Positions 1 to 10,003 of a stretch of 64,000 bases of DNA are shown here, piece by piece; position 1 is the first letter of the stretch, and every line of letters begins with the position of its first letter. The position numbers were made by a program, and so were the translations under genes. The stretch comes from a virus: positions 1 through 64,000 of IMG/VR virus record IMGVR_UViG_3300036795_000241; one strand, written 5' to 3'. The notes under the pieces were generated by a model. The model did not search any database. It was given only the letters and a program-made list of their open reading frames with translations, and was not told the origin of the DNA.

Positions 1-3000
1 CATACTGGTTCAGTATCGAAGCCGCATACGCTTGTGCGACCTGTGCGGAATGCGTTGTCGCACCCGAATTACCGAGATACGCGCTATTCGCGGCAGCTTC
101 CTGTGCCGTTTGCACGCCGCCCTTAATCGCGTCCTCGACGCTTTGAATCATCGCTTTTACGGAAAGCGAGTATTCGTTCAGAGTCCAGTTACCCAAGCCC
201 GGAACCGAACCACCAAATTGACCGACCACTCCACCGGCCGCATAACCGGGAACGCCTGCGGCGGCAAAGACTGGGGCCAACACCTGGCTTGTCTCCTTGG
301 AGACCACCGTCTCACCGGGTTCTGCAAGCAAGGGGACAATGTCCCCGCCTCCGTAACCGGGAATGACCCCGCCTAGTGCCCGCTTCAATGGCGACGGGAG
401 GTTTGAGCTTCCGGCAGCGAATACCTGCTGCTGCTGAACGGACCACGTACCCTTACCCGTAAGCCCGATATTCGTGTTCTCGTTCGGCGGGATATGCTGC
501 AGCTTCTTGATGTAGTCATCGACCAACCCGGTAGCCGTTTGCGCCTTTACTCCGGACTTCTCGAGGTCCGTGATCAATTGCGCGCGGGCCGGGCCATACG
601 TAATCGCCGTCGCTCCGTGCTTCTGTACTGCGGCGGCAAGAATGTTCATATCGTTCTTCGCCGATGGCGCACGGCTCAGGATACCCTGGATGTCGGCATT
701 AAGTGACGCACGGGCACCATGCGTCTGGTTCATCGTTTGCGCACCCTTTACGATGCTATTCCACAGCCGCTCAGCATCGTCGTGGCTCAGATTAAGCTTC
801 TCAGCGAATACGATGAATTCGTTCTTCGCCTGATCGGTATTGCCCAGGGTCGTTAGCAGCTCACGCGCCAGCCCCTTTGCCGAATTCTGCACCGCCGTAA
901 TGTTATGCGGCGTATTCTTCATTACGGTCGCGAAGTTGTCGAACGCTTTCTGACCGCCACCAGCTTGGAAGATCGCCGCAGCCATTGCCGAGTTCAAGTT
1001 GTTATTCAACGCGTTGGCGAGGTTCTTCATGTCCTGCGTCAAATTCGACGAGTCTACCGTCAACGTAGTCGTAATGTCGTCGAGGTTCTTCGCCGCATTC
1101 TTCGTATTTCCGAGCCAGCCGGTCAACGACTTCAAGCTGTCGGGACCTCGGTACCCGGCAAGCTGAGCGAATGCGTACAGCTGAGCGGTGTTCTCCTTGC
1201 TGCCCTTCGCCATCGGAATAAGCTGCGCAACCAGGTCTTTACCCGCTTGCGATAGCATATTCGTACCCTTGGCGCCTAGTCCAGCTGCACTCGCTTGATT
1301 CGCCAACGCATCGTACAGCGCTCCGGCACTGGACAGGGACGACTGCCAATCCGAACGCAACGTCAAGCTTTGCGAATTCAGCCCGGTAATCGATGACCCG
1401 GCAACGCCGGCACTCGTCCCGACCTTAGCTATCGACTGCTCGTACTTGATGAATGCCGAGTCGCCGCCGGACACGGTCTTCATAAACGCATCCCAGCCGC
1501 CAGTTATCGCCGTAATCTGCGATTGCTGCTGCTCCGCGGCGAAGGTAACGGCGTCAACGGCACTGGCGAGGATACCGCCCTGTATCGACATCGCCGAATA
1601 GCCGGTGATCAGGTTGTCGACCTTCTGCTTCATCACGCCGTAGCTGTCGCCAGCCTTAACGTTCGCCAGATCCATCAACGCGAGGGATTGCGAATACGTG
1701 AAGCCCTGCGAGATCAGGTTGCCCGTTTCGTGGAACAGACGATCCTGCTCACCGGACAGCTTTATGATCTCGCCGGTATACGCCTGGACATCGGAACCCT
1801 GGCCGAGCTGAAGCTTAGTAGCTCCGAATGCCTTTACCGTCGAATTCCAGAATCCGGCGGCAGCTTCGGTAAGCCCGTGGAACCACTGGGACAGTCCGCT
1901 GCCCCACTGCGTAACGTCGCCGATGTCCTTGAACGACGACACGACCAGTCCGACGCCGTGGCCTAGCTGATTGGTCGAATTCGCGAACGCCTGATTCGCT
2001 TGCGCTAGGTGTACCGGTACCTGCGTGATCTGCTCATCGAGCGACTTAATGTCGGTATTGATCGCGAGAATAGCCTGCGAAGCGTTCAGCTGTCCGAGAC
2101 CCGTATCGAGACTCGAGATGAACGAATGCGTTGCGCTATCGGCCTGCGTCATCCACCAGACAAGACCACCGATAGCTGCGGCACCGACAATTGCCCAGCC
2201 CCACAGCGGTAGCGCACCCATTGCGCCGAGGATTCCGCCGGTCTTGCTCGTTTCGCTACCTAGCTGGCCGGCTTTCGAACGCAGGTCTTCCAGCGGAACC
2301 AATGCCGCACGCCCGGCATCGCCGAATAGCCCGAGTCCGGCCGCGAGACGAGCCGTGGCCTGTACGCCACCGAACATCGCCGTAGCGAGATTCGTGATTC
2401 CGCTAGCCGCTAGCCCGCCCCACAGCATGAAGCTGTGCAACGCTAGCACGCTGTACAGAATCGGCGTCGGTAGCTTAGTGATTACGTCAAGTAGCTGCGA
2501 GGCGCCAACGAGTACGTCACCGAGAAAGTGCGCCGTACCGGGATCCGCCTTGATCAAGTTGCTAAACGCGAGGCCGACGTTGTCGATTATCTGCATGAAC
2601 TGATGCAGGAAGCCGACACCGGACTCGAGAATCCCGCCCATATGCGACTGCGAATTCGCCCAGATATCGAGCTTCGCGATCCACGTATCGAATCCGCCGA
2701 CAACCTGCTGCGCAACCGTGGAGAAGGTCGACCCTTGCTTATTAACGAGGTTTAGTGCGCCGCCGAAGATTTCCAGCGTTCCCGGTGCAACGGCTTGCTG
2801 CAGTTCGTGCAGGTGACCCGTGAGTGGCGGTATCGTCTGGTCGAGAGCTTTGCTGGTGTCGTGAATCGACAACATCTGCGTATAGATGTCGTGTGCCGCC
2901 GGCTCCATTGCGATCAAGCCGACGGTCAACGCAGCACTTGCCGCGGCGACCGCAATTAGCGATTCGAAGACCGCATCCAGCGCGATATGCCATAGCGGAA

Positions 3001-3649
3001 CGACACCGACGGACGGTATCTTCCCCAGTGCACCGCCCCACAGCGTTACCTCGCGCGTGAGGAGCCCGAATGCGCCGCCCTGCTGATTCGCCTGCTGCGT
3101 ACTCTGCCGCTGCCAATCGAGGAACGAACGGAAGCCGTTACCGAGGTTCCCGAGGCTATTGTCGAGATTGTCCGCCGAGCGGCCGGCTTTGTCCGTCTCC
3201 GTGGCGAAATCGGTCAGCTGCTGATCGGCCTGCCCGGCGCCACTTACGGCGAGATTCACCGTTTGCGTACTATCGCCGGGCTGCCAGTTCATCAAGCTTT
3301 GCAGCGAGTTAATCGCACCCGTACTTACCGTCGGGTTGATTACGAGGCTCTGCTCGAGATTGCGCCGCAGCTGATCGTATAGTGCGTCCGTGCCAACTAG
3401 CTTAGTATCGGCAACGGAGGTATCGAGGTTAAGCTTGTTCGGAGCATTTACGTCCGCCTGGAATACGTCCAGGCCAGCCTGCATCTGCGCCAATCGCGCT
3501 TGCGCAATCGACGTATCGAGGCCGAGCTTAGCTTGGTATTCGTTGTTCTCGAACGACATACCTTCGCTGCGGGCCGCCGCCAGATCGGCTTGAAACTGCT
3601 GCCGATTAAGAATCAGCCTCGCTTCAATTGCGCCCGCATCGAATGCCAC
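1..3649 (-). CDS. Tape measure protein (3' end lies outside the window)
   Basis: GTG at 3649 overlaps the upstream stop and reads MAFDAGAIEARLILNR, a typical TMP N-terminus. Ala/Gly-rich and directly downstream of the tail chaperones; contains a GGVIPGYGGGDIVPLLAEPGE segment. It is absent from the ORF track, consistent with no stop in the window. Confidence 0.9.
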   Translation of the reverse strand, partial: MAFDAGAIEARLILNRQQFQADLAAARSEGMSFENNEYQAKLGLDTSIAQARLAQMQAGLDVFQADVNAPNKLNLDTSVADTKLVGTDALYDQLRRNLEQSLVINPTVSTGAINSLQSLMNWQPGDSTQTVNLAVSGAGQADQQLTDFATETDKAGRSADNLDNSLGNLGNGFRSFLDWQRQSTQQANQQGGAFGLLTREVTLWGGALGKIPSVGVVPLWHIALDAVFESLIAVAAASAALTVGLIAMEPAAHDIYTQMLSIHDTSKALDQTIPPLTGHLHELQQAVAPGTLEIFGGALNLVNKQGSTFSTVAQQVVGGFDTWIAKLDIWANSQSHMGGILESGVGFLHQFMQIIDNVGLAFSNLIKADPGTAHFLGDVLVGASQLLDVITKLPTPILYSVLALHSFMLWGGLAASGITNLATAMFGGVQATARLAAGLGLFGDAGRAALVPLEDLRSKAGQLGSETSKTGGILGAMGALPLWGWAIVGAAAIGGLVWWMTQADSATHSFISSLDTGLGQLNASQAILAINTDIKSLDEQITQVPVHLAQANQAFANSTNQLGHGVGLVVSSFKDIGDVTQWGSGLSQWFHGLTEAAAGFWNSTVKAFGATKLQLGQGSDVQAYTGEIIKLSGEQDRLFHETGNLISQGFTYSQSLALMDLANVKAGDSYGVMKQKVDNLITGYSAMSIQGGILASAVDAVTFAAEQQQSQITAITGGWDAFMKTVSGGDSAFIKYEQSIAKVGTSAGVAGSSITGLNSQSLTLRSDWQSSLSSAGALYDALANQASAAGLGAKGTNMLSQAGKDLVAQLIPMAKGSKENTAQLYAFAQLAGYRGPDSLKSLTGWLGNTKNAAKNLDDITTTLTVDSSNLTQDMKNLANALNNNLNSAMAAAIFQAGGGQKAFDNFATVMKNTPHNITAVQNSAKGLARELLTTLGNTDQAKNEFIVFAEKLNLSHDDAERLWNSIVKGAQTMNQTHGARASLNADIQGILSRAPSAKNDMNILAAAVQKHGATAITYGPARAQLITDLEKSGVKAQTATGLVDDYIKKLQHIPPNENTNIGLTGKGTWSVQQQQVFAAGSSNLPSPLKRALGGVIPGYGGGDIVPLLAEPGETVVSKETSQVLAPVFAAAGVPGYAAGGVVGQFGGSVPGLGNWTLNEYSLSVKAMIQSVEDAIKGGVQTAQEAAANSAYLGNSGATTHSAQVAQAYAASILNQY

Positions 3650-3966
3650 TATCCCAGCTCCGACCAGTTGACTTTCGCAGTGGTAACCGTTCGGCGACTC
3701 ATCCGGCTAAGGTCGACATTCCGTGCCGCTTGCTGTTCTGGCGAACGGCGTACTGCAGCGCGTTGCGGCTGTGGCTGACCTTCCGGACCGGCGATGACTC
3801 TCTCCTGCATCCATCCTTCGATATACATCTGCTTTTCGTACCACGGCAACCGATCCCACTGCTTCGGGCTAAGCTTCAGAAGCCGCCGTGCGAGGTAGTA
3901 GGTTAGGCGCCGTTCACCATACGCAGGTTCGGTCGAGTCGGCAAATCGACGCCGCTTACTTCCGGG
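3649..3966 (-). CDS. Tail assembly chaperone, second (-1 frame) part
   Basis: Open frame between chaperone and TMP (YYLARRLLKLSPKQWDRLPWYEKQMYIEG), in the -1 frame relative to 3903-4328 and without an obvious RBS/start of its own. Confidence 0.65.
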   Translation of the reverse strand, partial: PGSKRRRFADSTEPAYGERRLTYYLARRLLKLSPKQWDRLPWYEKQMYIEGWMQERVIAGPEGQPQPQRAAVRRSPEQQAARNVDLSRMSRRTVTTAKVNWSELG

Positions 3967-4328
3967 CGCAGCTCCCGCTGGAACCACTGGAAGAAGGCGA
4001 TCTGAATCCGCGCCGGAAGCTTCTTCAACACGGCTTCGCTCGGCTGATTCGTACACGCCTTGGCGTAGACCTTGCGGGTACCGGCCAGCATCTCCTCGAA
4101 GACGTCACCCGGCGTCAGCTTCGCCATTGCTTCCGCAATGTCCTCCGGCGTTGACTCGGCGGTCAGTCCGGCACGGTGGCGCGCGACCTTTTCCGAGAGA
4201 TCGCGAAGCTCCTTGTAGAACGTCGCGATCTGCTTGTCAGTCGGCTCCGGTACCGTACCTTTCGGTCCGTCGAAGTCGCTGAAGTCCCAGTCCATCGGCT
4301 TTACGACGGACCCGGCGTTGAATCCCAT
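3903..4328 (-). CDS. Tail assembly chaperone
   Basis: 141 aa, located between major tail and TMP. Confidence 0.75.
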   Translation of the reverse strand: MGFNAGSVVKPMDWDFSDFDGPKGTVPEPTDKQIATFYKELRDLSEKVARHRAGLTAESTPEDIAEAMAKLTPGDVFEEMLAGTRKVYAKACTNQPSEAVLKKLPARIQIAFFQWFQRELRPEVSGVDLPTRPNLRMVNGA

Positions 4329-4340
4329 CTTCGACCCCTA

Positions 4341-4964
4341 TCAGGAGGTCGCCGCTGCGGTGATGTCGATGATTTCCATCTCCGACAGGTCGCAGAGCGC
4401 GTTGAGGGTGATCGGGTACAGGCGCTGCGAAGCTGCACGGCGGAAAGCCGTCTGCACCTGACCGGCGGACTGGATCTTCGGGATGTAGAAGACCCGGGGA
4501 TAGCCCTGCTCGTTGCTACCGAGAATGGCGGCCGCGAGGACCGAGAAATTCGACGAGAGCTTCAGCACGGTCTTTCCGGGCTGTGCCGCACCGGCCGCGG
4601 TAACGGTCTTTGCTCCGCCGCCACCGTATGCGAGGTTGATGTTGTCGATGGTCTCCTCGGAAAGTGAGGTCGTGATCTGGTACGTCGCCGTGTTCACGAG
4701 AGCCGCAACCGGAATCGGCTGCTCCTCAACCTGCAGGTCGGTCATCGACGGGTTGAACGTTGTCGTAACGCCCTGACTCGTCGCTCCGGCATACCGCCAC
4801 GGTCCCGGCGTAACGACCGCCGCCCACTTCGTTGCGTCGCCGAGATCCGAGTCAGCGGGAAGTGGCGTCCCGAACTGCGCCGTGAACAGGTACCCGACGC
4901 CGTATAGGACGTTCTCGGTATCCCAGTCCGGCGGCAGAAATTCCGTGCCGACGTTAGCCGTCAT
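4341..4964 (-). CDS. Major tail (tube) protein
   Basis: 207 aa with WRYAGATSQGV and LSEETIDNINLAYG motifs typical of siphovirus tube proteins; strong GGAGG RBS; synteny. Confidence 0.85.
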   Translation of the reverse strand: MTANVGTEFLPPDWDTENVLYGVGYLFTAQFGTPLPADSDLGDATKWAAVVTPGPWRYAGATSQGVTTTFNPSMTDLQVEEQPIPVAALVNTATYQITTSLSEETIDNINLAYGGGGAKTVTAAGAAQPGKTVLKLSSNFSVLAAAILGSNEQGYPRVFYIPKIQSAGQVQTAFRRAASQRLYPITLNALCDLSEMEIIDITAAATS

Positions 4965-5232
4965 TCGACATTTCCTCCTTCACCTGGTAACGCACGCCGT
5001 ACTGATCGGCGAGCTGCTTGAACTCAGCGAGGTGCTCCGCCGGAATCGCCGTCCAGTCGTTACCGACGGTGATGTCGAGATCCGGGATCACGAACCCGTT
5101 GTTCGGGTACAGCACCTTCACGTTCGAGTTCGCTCCGGCCGCATTCGACATCGCTGAGCCGGTCTGAGCCGGAGTCGAAGTCGGTGGCGTTGCTTCCGAG
5201 TCTGCGGACACTTCGTCTCCCCATGCGGTCAC
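4954..5232 (-). CDS. Small virion-module protein, function unknown
   Basis: Overlaps both neighbours, suggesting translational coupling. Confidence 0.6.
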   Translation of the reverse strand: MTAWGDEVSADSEATPPTSTPAQTGSAMSNAAGANSNVKVLYPNNGFVIPDLDITVGNDWTAIPAEHLAEFKQLADQYGVRYQVKEEMSNDG

Positions 5233-5645
5233 CGCGATACACCTACCATCGCGTAGTAGTTACAGACATAATCGTACCGAAATGCGTCATCCGGTGGACC
5301 CATGATTGCCGGCGCACCGCCGATACGACTGACCAGGAGCAACGGGGTACCGCTCTTTAGCCGCTGCGGGAATAGCTGATCGAAGATCAACTTGTCGAGC
5401 GCATTCGCTAGCGTTTCCGCCGAGGTCTGATCGTTCTGCGCACTGCGTACCCGTAGCTGAAACGACGGTCCGTCCAGTGCGCCTTCGTTCTGGAATCCGG
5501 TACCCGACATCTGCGTAATCGTAATCAGCTTGTTCGGCATATCCGGAACGTACGGACCTTCGTTGATATTCGCCGGAAGCGAAACCCCGGCGCCTTGTGC
5601 GAGTACCGAGAGCCAGGTGGACAGGTCATCGAACGTTAGCGGCAC
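5229..5645 (-). CDS. Tail terminator / tail completion protein
   Basis: GTG with GGAGG RBS; PSFQLRVRS motif; position upstream of major tail. Confidence 0.7.
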   Translation of the reverse strand: MPLTFDDLSTWLSVLAQGAGVSLPANINEGPYVPDMPNKLITITQMSGTGFQNEGALDGPSFQLRVRSAQNDQTSAETLANALDKLIFDQLFPQRLKSGTPLLLVSRIGGAPAIMGPPDDAFRYDYVCNYYAMVGVSR

Positions 5646-5647
5646 GA

Positions 5648-6289
5648 TTAACCTCCTCCACGATGCGGCGGACCGGACATATGCATCACGTGCCACCAGA
5701 TCCACCCGACTAGCTCCGGGTCCATCGGCAGCATCCGGGCCTTCGCCTTTAGCTCGTCCTCCGTAAGCCGATGCGTTTTCGGCTCTCGGTCGTACGCGGG
5801 ATAGCCTTCTCCGTCCATCGAACCGGAGCCGTTGAACACCTGCGGGTGTCCACTGGAGCGGAGATCACCGAATAGCACTGGAGCAAGAGCCGCCACGCCC
5901 CATTGTCCCGGTGTCGCCGATTCACCGATCGTTGGCATTCCGCCGGTTTCGGTCAAGCGGGTTAGCGCCCCGAGACCGCCTCCGACCTCTCCGCGAATCG
6001 GTGTCGTACTTTCCGCCTCACCGCCGGCTAGATGCTCCATCGCGGTTGCCATTCCGCGTAGTCCGCCGTCCTCCAGTGCCGTTTTCGCCACCTGGATCAG
6101 GTACGCGTTACGGTTCTGGTATAGCGGATCGGTGAGGTATTTCGCTTGTCCGCCTCGTGGGTGACGCAGATCCATTCGTTCGTGCTGGTACTGCGCGTAC
6201 ACCTGGTCAACGGTCACCTTGCCGACCAGAAAGCCGTGTCCCACTTTGTCGGACAGTTCCTGCATTCGTGACCCGAAATCGCCCGCCAT
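5648..6289 (-). CDS. Head-tail/neck (tail completion) protein
   Basis: YAQYQHE..L.HPRGGQAKYL motif typical of phage neck proteins; synteny. Confidence 0.7.
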   Translation of the reverse strand: MAGDFGSRMQELSDKVGHGFLVGKVTVDQVYAQYQHERMDLRHPRGGQAKYLTDPLYQNRNAYLIQVAKTALEDGGLRGMATAMEHLAGGEAESTTPIRGEVGGGLGALTRLTETGGMPTIGESATPGQWGVAALAPVLFGDLRSSGHPQVFNGSGSMDGEGYPAYDREPKTHRLTEDELKAKARMLPMDPELVGWIWWHVMHMSGPPHRGGG

Positions 6290-6786
6290 CAGAACCCGTC
6301 CCTTCCCGGCATCCCGGGGTCGTTCTCGAAGCGCGGTCCGTCTTCGCCAGTGCTCACGCGAAGCCCGACATCGTCGAGAGCGAACATTGTCGCGTTCTGC
6401 GTATTAATCACGCGCGGCCGCTTACGTTGCGGCGGATCGTCGGTGGTTGGCGCACCCGGCTCGAAATCGAGCAGATTGGCTTTGATATCCTTCAGCGTTT
6501 GTCGCGCGTCCAGATACTGCAGGTAGACCGGGTGGAACTGCTCGAGTGCCTTTCCCTTGCGGTACGCAAGCGTTGCATAGTACGACCCCAGGGCAATCGT
6601 GAGACCTTTAAGCAGGTCGGGTACGTTAACGTCCGTAAACGCGGTACCGGTGGTGGCATCGACCAGATCCTGACCGCGCTGAATCTGCGCCTGGATCTGC
6701 GTGTCTTCGAGCTCACCGGCGGTACCGGTAACGTCACCGTCCGGCGCCAAGGCGTCACGAATATCCGCTGGAGTCGCATACGTCAC
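6289..6786 (-). CDS. Head-to-tail adaptor (Mu gp36-like)
   Basis: MTYATPADIR N-terminus, helical composition, downstream of capsid. Confidence 0.75.
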   Translation of the reverse strand: MTYATPADIRDALAPDGDVTGTAGELEDTQIQAQIQRGQDLVDATTGTAFTDVNVPDLLKGLTIALGSYYATLAYRKGKALEQFHPVYLQYLDARQTLKDIKANLLDFEPGAPTTDDPPQRKRPRVINTQNATMFALDDVGLRVSTGEDGPRFENDPGMPGRDGF

Positions 6787-7190
6787 GCGAGGTCGCCGTC
6801 CTCCTCATCGGCGTCGGACTGCGCCTTTTCGCGCGACAGTCGAGCGTCCTCCGCCGCACGCGCGTTGGTCTCGCGCTCCTGCTGCTGCCGCGCGGCTTCC
6901 TCCTTCGGGGTCGAGTACTCGCCGGTCTCCGGGTTGAGTACGGGCGCCTGATCGGCCGGGTCGTCCTCGAACTGCTGCGTCGCCTGCGTAGCACCGACGG
7001 CGCGTGACCTCGGCATCTTGCCCTCGCCCTTGCGCGGCTTGCGCACAATCCCTTCGGCGAGAAGCGTTTCGGCGTGCGCCTTGGTTAGCCGCACCGGCGT
7101 ATCCGGCTGGATGATCTGGCCCTTCCAGCTCGAGAAGCGATTGCCGATAGCAACGACCGTCGGCTCCGGCTCCTGCGTGGTATCCGCCAC
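6783..7190 (-). CDS. Hypothetical virion-module protein
   Basis: GGGAGG RBS; stop overlaps the next start. Confidence 0.65.
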   Translation of the reverse strand: MADTTQEPEPTVVAIGNRFSSWKGQIIQPDTPVRLTKAHAETLLAEGIVRKPRKGEGKMPRSRAVGATQATQQFEDDPADQAPVLNPETGEYSTPKEEAARQQQERETNARAAEDARLSREKAQSDADEEDGDLA

Positions 7191-7227
7191 GTTTCCTCCC
7201 TTCGTTGTATCGGTTTACGAGAACGGA

Positions 7228-8253
7228 CTAGATGACCACCGCTCCGACGCCACCGGGAGCACCCGGCTCACCGAACGGCTGGACGGTGTTGGTCGTAACA
7301 CCGTCGAGACGCACGACTGCCTTCGGCTGGTCGAGGCCCATTGCCGCGGCGCGCTGAACGTCCGAACGCCACAGCTTGCGCGGCTCATCTCGGTATAGCG
7401 GAGACGCCGTGAGGGGCACCTCATCCGAGAAGAAGCCGAGCCGATTCCGCTGGCAGATGTACGCGTGGCCCGCCGGGCACTGGCGGGAGACCAGAACGTC
7501 GAGGTTCATGATCTTCCGGGGCAGCACACCGGTGTACTGAATCGAACTGGTTGCCGCGTCGCCAAGGTACGGCTTTGCGAAGTCCTCCGACTTGAACAGC
7601 GCGAGCTTCGCCGTGTGATCGATGATCAGCGTGTCCGGCTCGAACTCGAAGAAGTTCTGCGGTTGACCGGTGGCCGCGGCGTTCTCGACCGCCCAGATAC
7701 CGTCGGAGATGTGCCCGCGGATGATGTTCGCCTGGTATGGCGGCGCCAGCACCTCGGACATTGTCGTCGCGTCCCACGCTTCGGCGGACGCCACCGTATA
7801 GATCTGGTTCGCCGCCACGATCTGCTGGTCGAGAAGGGTGAAGAACGCCTGGTTCCAGTTCTTCACCATCGTGTTCTTGACCTGCGTCAGCTGCCGGTTG
7901 ACCGGGTCGATGATCTGACGTCGCCGCATCTCATCGGAAACGCTGATCGCCAGTGCCCGCTCATAGGTGTACGCCACGAGCAGGTCGCCGACCGCACCCG
8001 TAACCTGCGGGACCTCGGCGAACTCAGCACGAATTCCCGAGTCGTTCTGGGCGTAGAGCGGCGTGCTCCTTTCGTAGCGAACGGCGCCGGACTGGTTGTT
8101 GCCGGCGTTACGGAGCACCGTTTCGATGATGAACTCGTTCGCCATGATGCTGAGCACCAAGGCGGGGATCCGCATTGGATCCTTGAGATAGTCATCTACG
8201 GTAATCCGTGGGCCGTCGAACGAACTGACGATCGGATACGTCGGGGTGGTCAC
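7228..8253 (-). CDS. Major capsid protein
   Basis: 341 aa, strong AGGAGG RBS, high-GC3 codon use; follows the protease/scaffold and decoration genes. Confidence 0.85.
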   Translation of the reverse strand: MTTPTYPIVSSFDGPRITVDDYLKDPMRIPALVLSIMANEFIIETVLRNAGNNQSGAVRYERSTPLYAQNDSGIRAEFAEVPQVTGAVGDLLVAYTYERALAISVSDEMRRRQIIDPVNRQLTQVKNTMVKNWNQAFFTLLDQQIVAANQIYTVASAEAWDATTMSEVLAPPYQANIIRGHISDGIWAVENAAATGQPQNFFEFEPDTLIIDHTAKLALFKSEDFAKPYLGDAATSSIQYTGVLPRKIMNLDVLVSRQCPAGHAYICQRNRLGFFSDEVPLTASPLYRDEPRKLWRSDVQRAAAMGLDQPKAVVRLDGVTTNTVQPFGEPGAPGGVGAVVI

Positions 8254-8295
8254 CCGTCCCTCCTTTCCTCTTCTCTCGTGAGCCTATGCGCCCGG

Positions 8296-8736
8296 TTAGA
8301 GGGCGCTTCCGATTCGCGCCCGGGCCAGCGTGCCACCGGCAGCGACACCGAGCGGCTCGGTGCACTTACCGATGATCTGGTCGACGGTCGGCGTAGTTGC
8401 CGCACTCCAGCTCATCACGCCACCGGCTGCGTCGGCGACAAGAAACTCGCCGAAAGCTGCCGTCGAAGAGAAGAGCACCTGCATGTCGACGCCGTAATGC
8501 ACGGCGACATAGTCCGGAGCCTGCGCCATGTTGACGGGGTTCTGACCGGACTGGTTCGTCCGGACACCGACATCATTCGCCGCAATGCCGAGGACGTTCT
8601 TCGCCTGGGCCGTGGCGTTCTGCTTGACCATTCCCGGGTTCGCACCGTCCGGAACGACCAGCTTACCGCCGAGAATCGTTGTGGCGGTCGGATAGGTCGA
8701 TGGGCCTTGCTTGATATAGGGGATAACGCCTGGCAC
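8296..8736 (-). CDS. Capsid decoration/cement protein
   Basis: 146 aa, Ala/Gly-rich (VLGIAAND, IIGKC), between scaffold and capsid. Confidence 0.7.
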   Translation of the reverse strand: MPGVIPYIKQGPSTYPTATTILGGKLVVPDGANPGMVKQNATAQAKNVLGIAANDVGVRTNQSGQNPVNMAQAPDYVAVHYGVDMQVLFSSTAAFGEFLVADAAGGVMSWSAATTPTVDQIIGKCTEPLGVAAGGTLARARIGSAL

Positions 8737-8773
8737 CTATTCACCTCTTTTCGCCTATCGTTGTTGCGCCGGA

Positions 8774-10003
8774 TCAGAACGTGTACTGCGACCGTACGAG
8801 CGAGAGGAAGTCCTCGGTGTCTTTCGCCGCCGCCTGAGCTTCGCGCTTCTCGTCGTCGTCCTCGGGGAGACCGTTGCCGATCAGGTTCCCGAGATCGAGG
8901 ACCTTGATCTGGTTCCCGAAGGCGTGAAGCACGTCTCGCATGACCGCACTGGCGTCGACCTCATCGCCATTCGCCAGGTTGATCGTTCGCGGCTCACCTT
9001 CGAGCAGTGGCCGCGCCTTCTCGGCGATGTACGGCGGGATGCCGAACTTGTTCGCCAGCTGGACCTTCTCCGTCTCGAACGACTGCCTGTCGAGACGCTG
9101 CTGCAGGTTGGTCAGCTGAAGTGTCTGCTGCTCCAGTGCGGCGTTCGCCAGCTCGATCTGCGTACGCCGCCCTCGGTTGCGCGCGGCCACCTTGGTCGCC
9201 TTCACCGGCTCCGGAGTGTCGCCCTCGCTTTCGTCCTCCTCGTCTTCGTCCTCTTCGGGGTCCTCCTCACTTTCGTCCTCGTCGGCCTCGGCGATAAGCC
9301 GGTCGAGCTCGTCGTCGGTGAGCTCGGACTCGTCCTCGCTTCCACTGTTGAGCCCGTCGGTAATCTCCAGTAGGAGATCGAGCTCGTCGTCCGAAAGCTG
9401 GACGCCATCGCCGCCTTCCTTCATCTTCGCGATGATCGCCTTCAGCTTATCCTTCTTCGCCACTTGCACCTCCTCCGCATCGAATTGCGAGTCGGAAAGG
9501 TCGATTACCGTTCCGCCCTCGGTATTACTCAGCGCCGCGACTTCCTGCCACGAGCGCATTCCCGTGATGTGCGGGTCCAGCGTACCCAGTACGTGCTGGA
9601 GTGCCGCACGCCAGCCTTTTCCGTCCGACCGTTCGTAATTCTCGTAGATACGGGCGGAGACTCCGAGATACGGGTTTTCGCGGAGTACCTCTTCGCCTTT
9701 TTCCGTCGGCTCGAGAATCACGTCGAGTCCGTCATCGGTAAGCTCGACACCTACGATTGCCCCGCGAAAGCGCTCCGGGTCATTCGTATGCGAGTTCTTT
9801 CCATCGGCCAGCTGGAACGGTACCTGGTCGAAAGCCTTGTCGTGGAACGATTTGGCGAGATCCGAAAGGTACTCGCGAGTGAACTCGATCTTATTTCCGA
9901 GGTAACTGATCGAGCCCACTGGAAGAAGCTGCTTGCGCCACCGACGATTCCCGAGGTCAATTGCCGGCGTACGCCGCTCGGGCGTGAATACGGTTACCGT
10001 CAT
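8774..10003 (-). CDS. Prohead protease-scaffold (Mu gpI-like)
   Basis: N-terminal domain with SH, GVSARI and LQHVLGTLDPHITGM motifs, then an acidic linker and a coiled-coil scaffold region. Confidence 0.8.
   Translation of the reverse strand: MTVTVFTPERRTPAIDLGNRRWRKQLLPVGSISYLGNKIEFTREYLSDLAKSFHDKAFDQVPFQLADGKNSHTNDPERFRGAIVGVELTDDGLDVILEPTEKGEEVLRENPYLGVSARIYENYERSDGKGWRAALQHVLGTLDPHITGMRSWQEVAALSNTEGGTVIDLSDSQFDAEEVQVAKKDKLKAIIAKMKEGGDGVQLSDDELDLLLEITDGLNSGSEDESELTDDELDRLIAEADEDESEEDPEEDEDEEDESEGDTPEPVKATKVAARNRGRRTQIELANAALEQQTLQLTNLQQRLDRQSFETEKVQLANKFGIPPYIAEKARPLLEGEPRTINLANGDEVDASAVMRDVLHAFGNQIKVLDLGNLIGNGLPEDDDEKREAQAAAKDTEDFLSLVRSQYTF

Noticed and set aside
32-3906. Many + strand ORFs at the window start
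   Set aside because: Antisense to the tape measure and chaperone genes; the TMP is missing from the ORF track because its stop lies outside the window
7465-8907. 480-aa + strand ORF
   Set aside because: Antisense shadow of the capsid and decoration genes caused by high GC3; no RBS or recognisable motifs
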